In this document: piece by piece, positions 63,501-64,000 of the stretch
Numbering within the stretch: position 1 is the first letter of the stretch
Layout of the letters: every line of letters begins with the position of its first letter
Assembly (NCBI RefSeq): GCF_964204645.1
Contig: NC_134026.1
Span: 14,852,150-14,916,149 of the forward strand
Length of the DNA stretch: 64,000 nt
Reading direction: 5' to 3'
DNA from: Tubulanus polymorphus
Lineage: Eukaryota > Animalia > Nemertea
Notes under the pieces: generated by a model
What the model was told of the DNA's origin: nothing
Seen by the model: only the letters and a program-made list of their open reading frames with translations
Databases searched by the model: none
Program-made: the position numbers and the translations under genes

Positions 63501-64000
63501 CTGTAAACAGGTTCATCAGCAAAAATTTCACTGAGGAGTTTTTAACTGCCTGGACACATGGTTTCTCTAGAATACATAAGCATTTCTTTTATTAGTAATT
63601 CCCTGTTTCATAATCCAATTGTTATTATAGTAATTAAAGAAATGTTTTATAAGTTCTTACCATCTGATCGATTATTGACAACGGCATCAACTTGTTCCTT
63701 ACTACATGTACTGATCGTACCAGTAACTACTATAAAAATGGACAAAAACATATCTTTTAAATTCAGTTTGTTTTGAATACATTTGTATCCTGATGAATAT
63801 TTGTCTAAATTTCTTGAAATGGCCGAGGGCCTAATGAAAAGAATCACAAAAAAATTAATCAAAATATACCATCATCTGCGGGGATACTTTCGCGATCATC
63901 GAGCGGATTGTTGTTGTCGTCATTTGGTGGCAATTGTGTAGAATCTACGCTTACTGCTGATTCTGACTCGTTATTAGTACCTAAAAATATTATGTGAATT

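Noticed and set aside
58663-64000. Final CCT6 exons (GIWDNY...)
   Set aside because: Not found; the N-terminal exons are likewise absent from 1-4062, so both lie outside the window

Overview
Eukaryotic (metazoan, AT-rich, probably a marine invertebrate; taxon is inference) genomic DNA. The window lies inside one + strand spliced gene, chaperonin CCT6/TCP-1 zeta. Eleven internal GT-AG exons (1249 coding nt, QIQHPTAS...VGLDLSTG) join in frame; the first and last exons fall outside the window. The introns (0.6-17.9 kb) are mostly nested transposons: several Helentron-type non-autonomous (HINE/DINE-1-like) families with internal satellite-like arrays, a canonical Helitron, a 2.3 kb deleted DIRS1 retroelement with intact ITR/ICR ends, Penelope remnants with hammerhead ribozyme motifs, a non-coding LTR element with a tRNA-Ala-like PBS, CAG...CTG elements with 6-bp TSDs, piggyBac-, Tc1/pogo- and Mutator-like elements, a CR1-like LINE remnant and a decayed hAT transposase. 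Most ORF-track entries are spurious. I found no clearly new biological system; the best leads are listed as findings.
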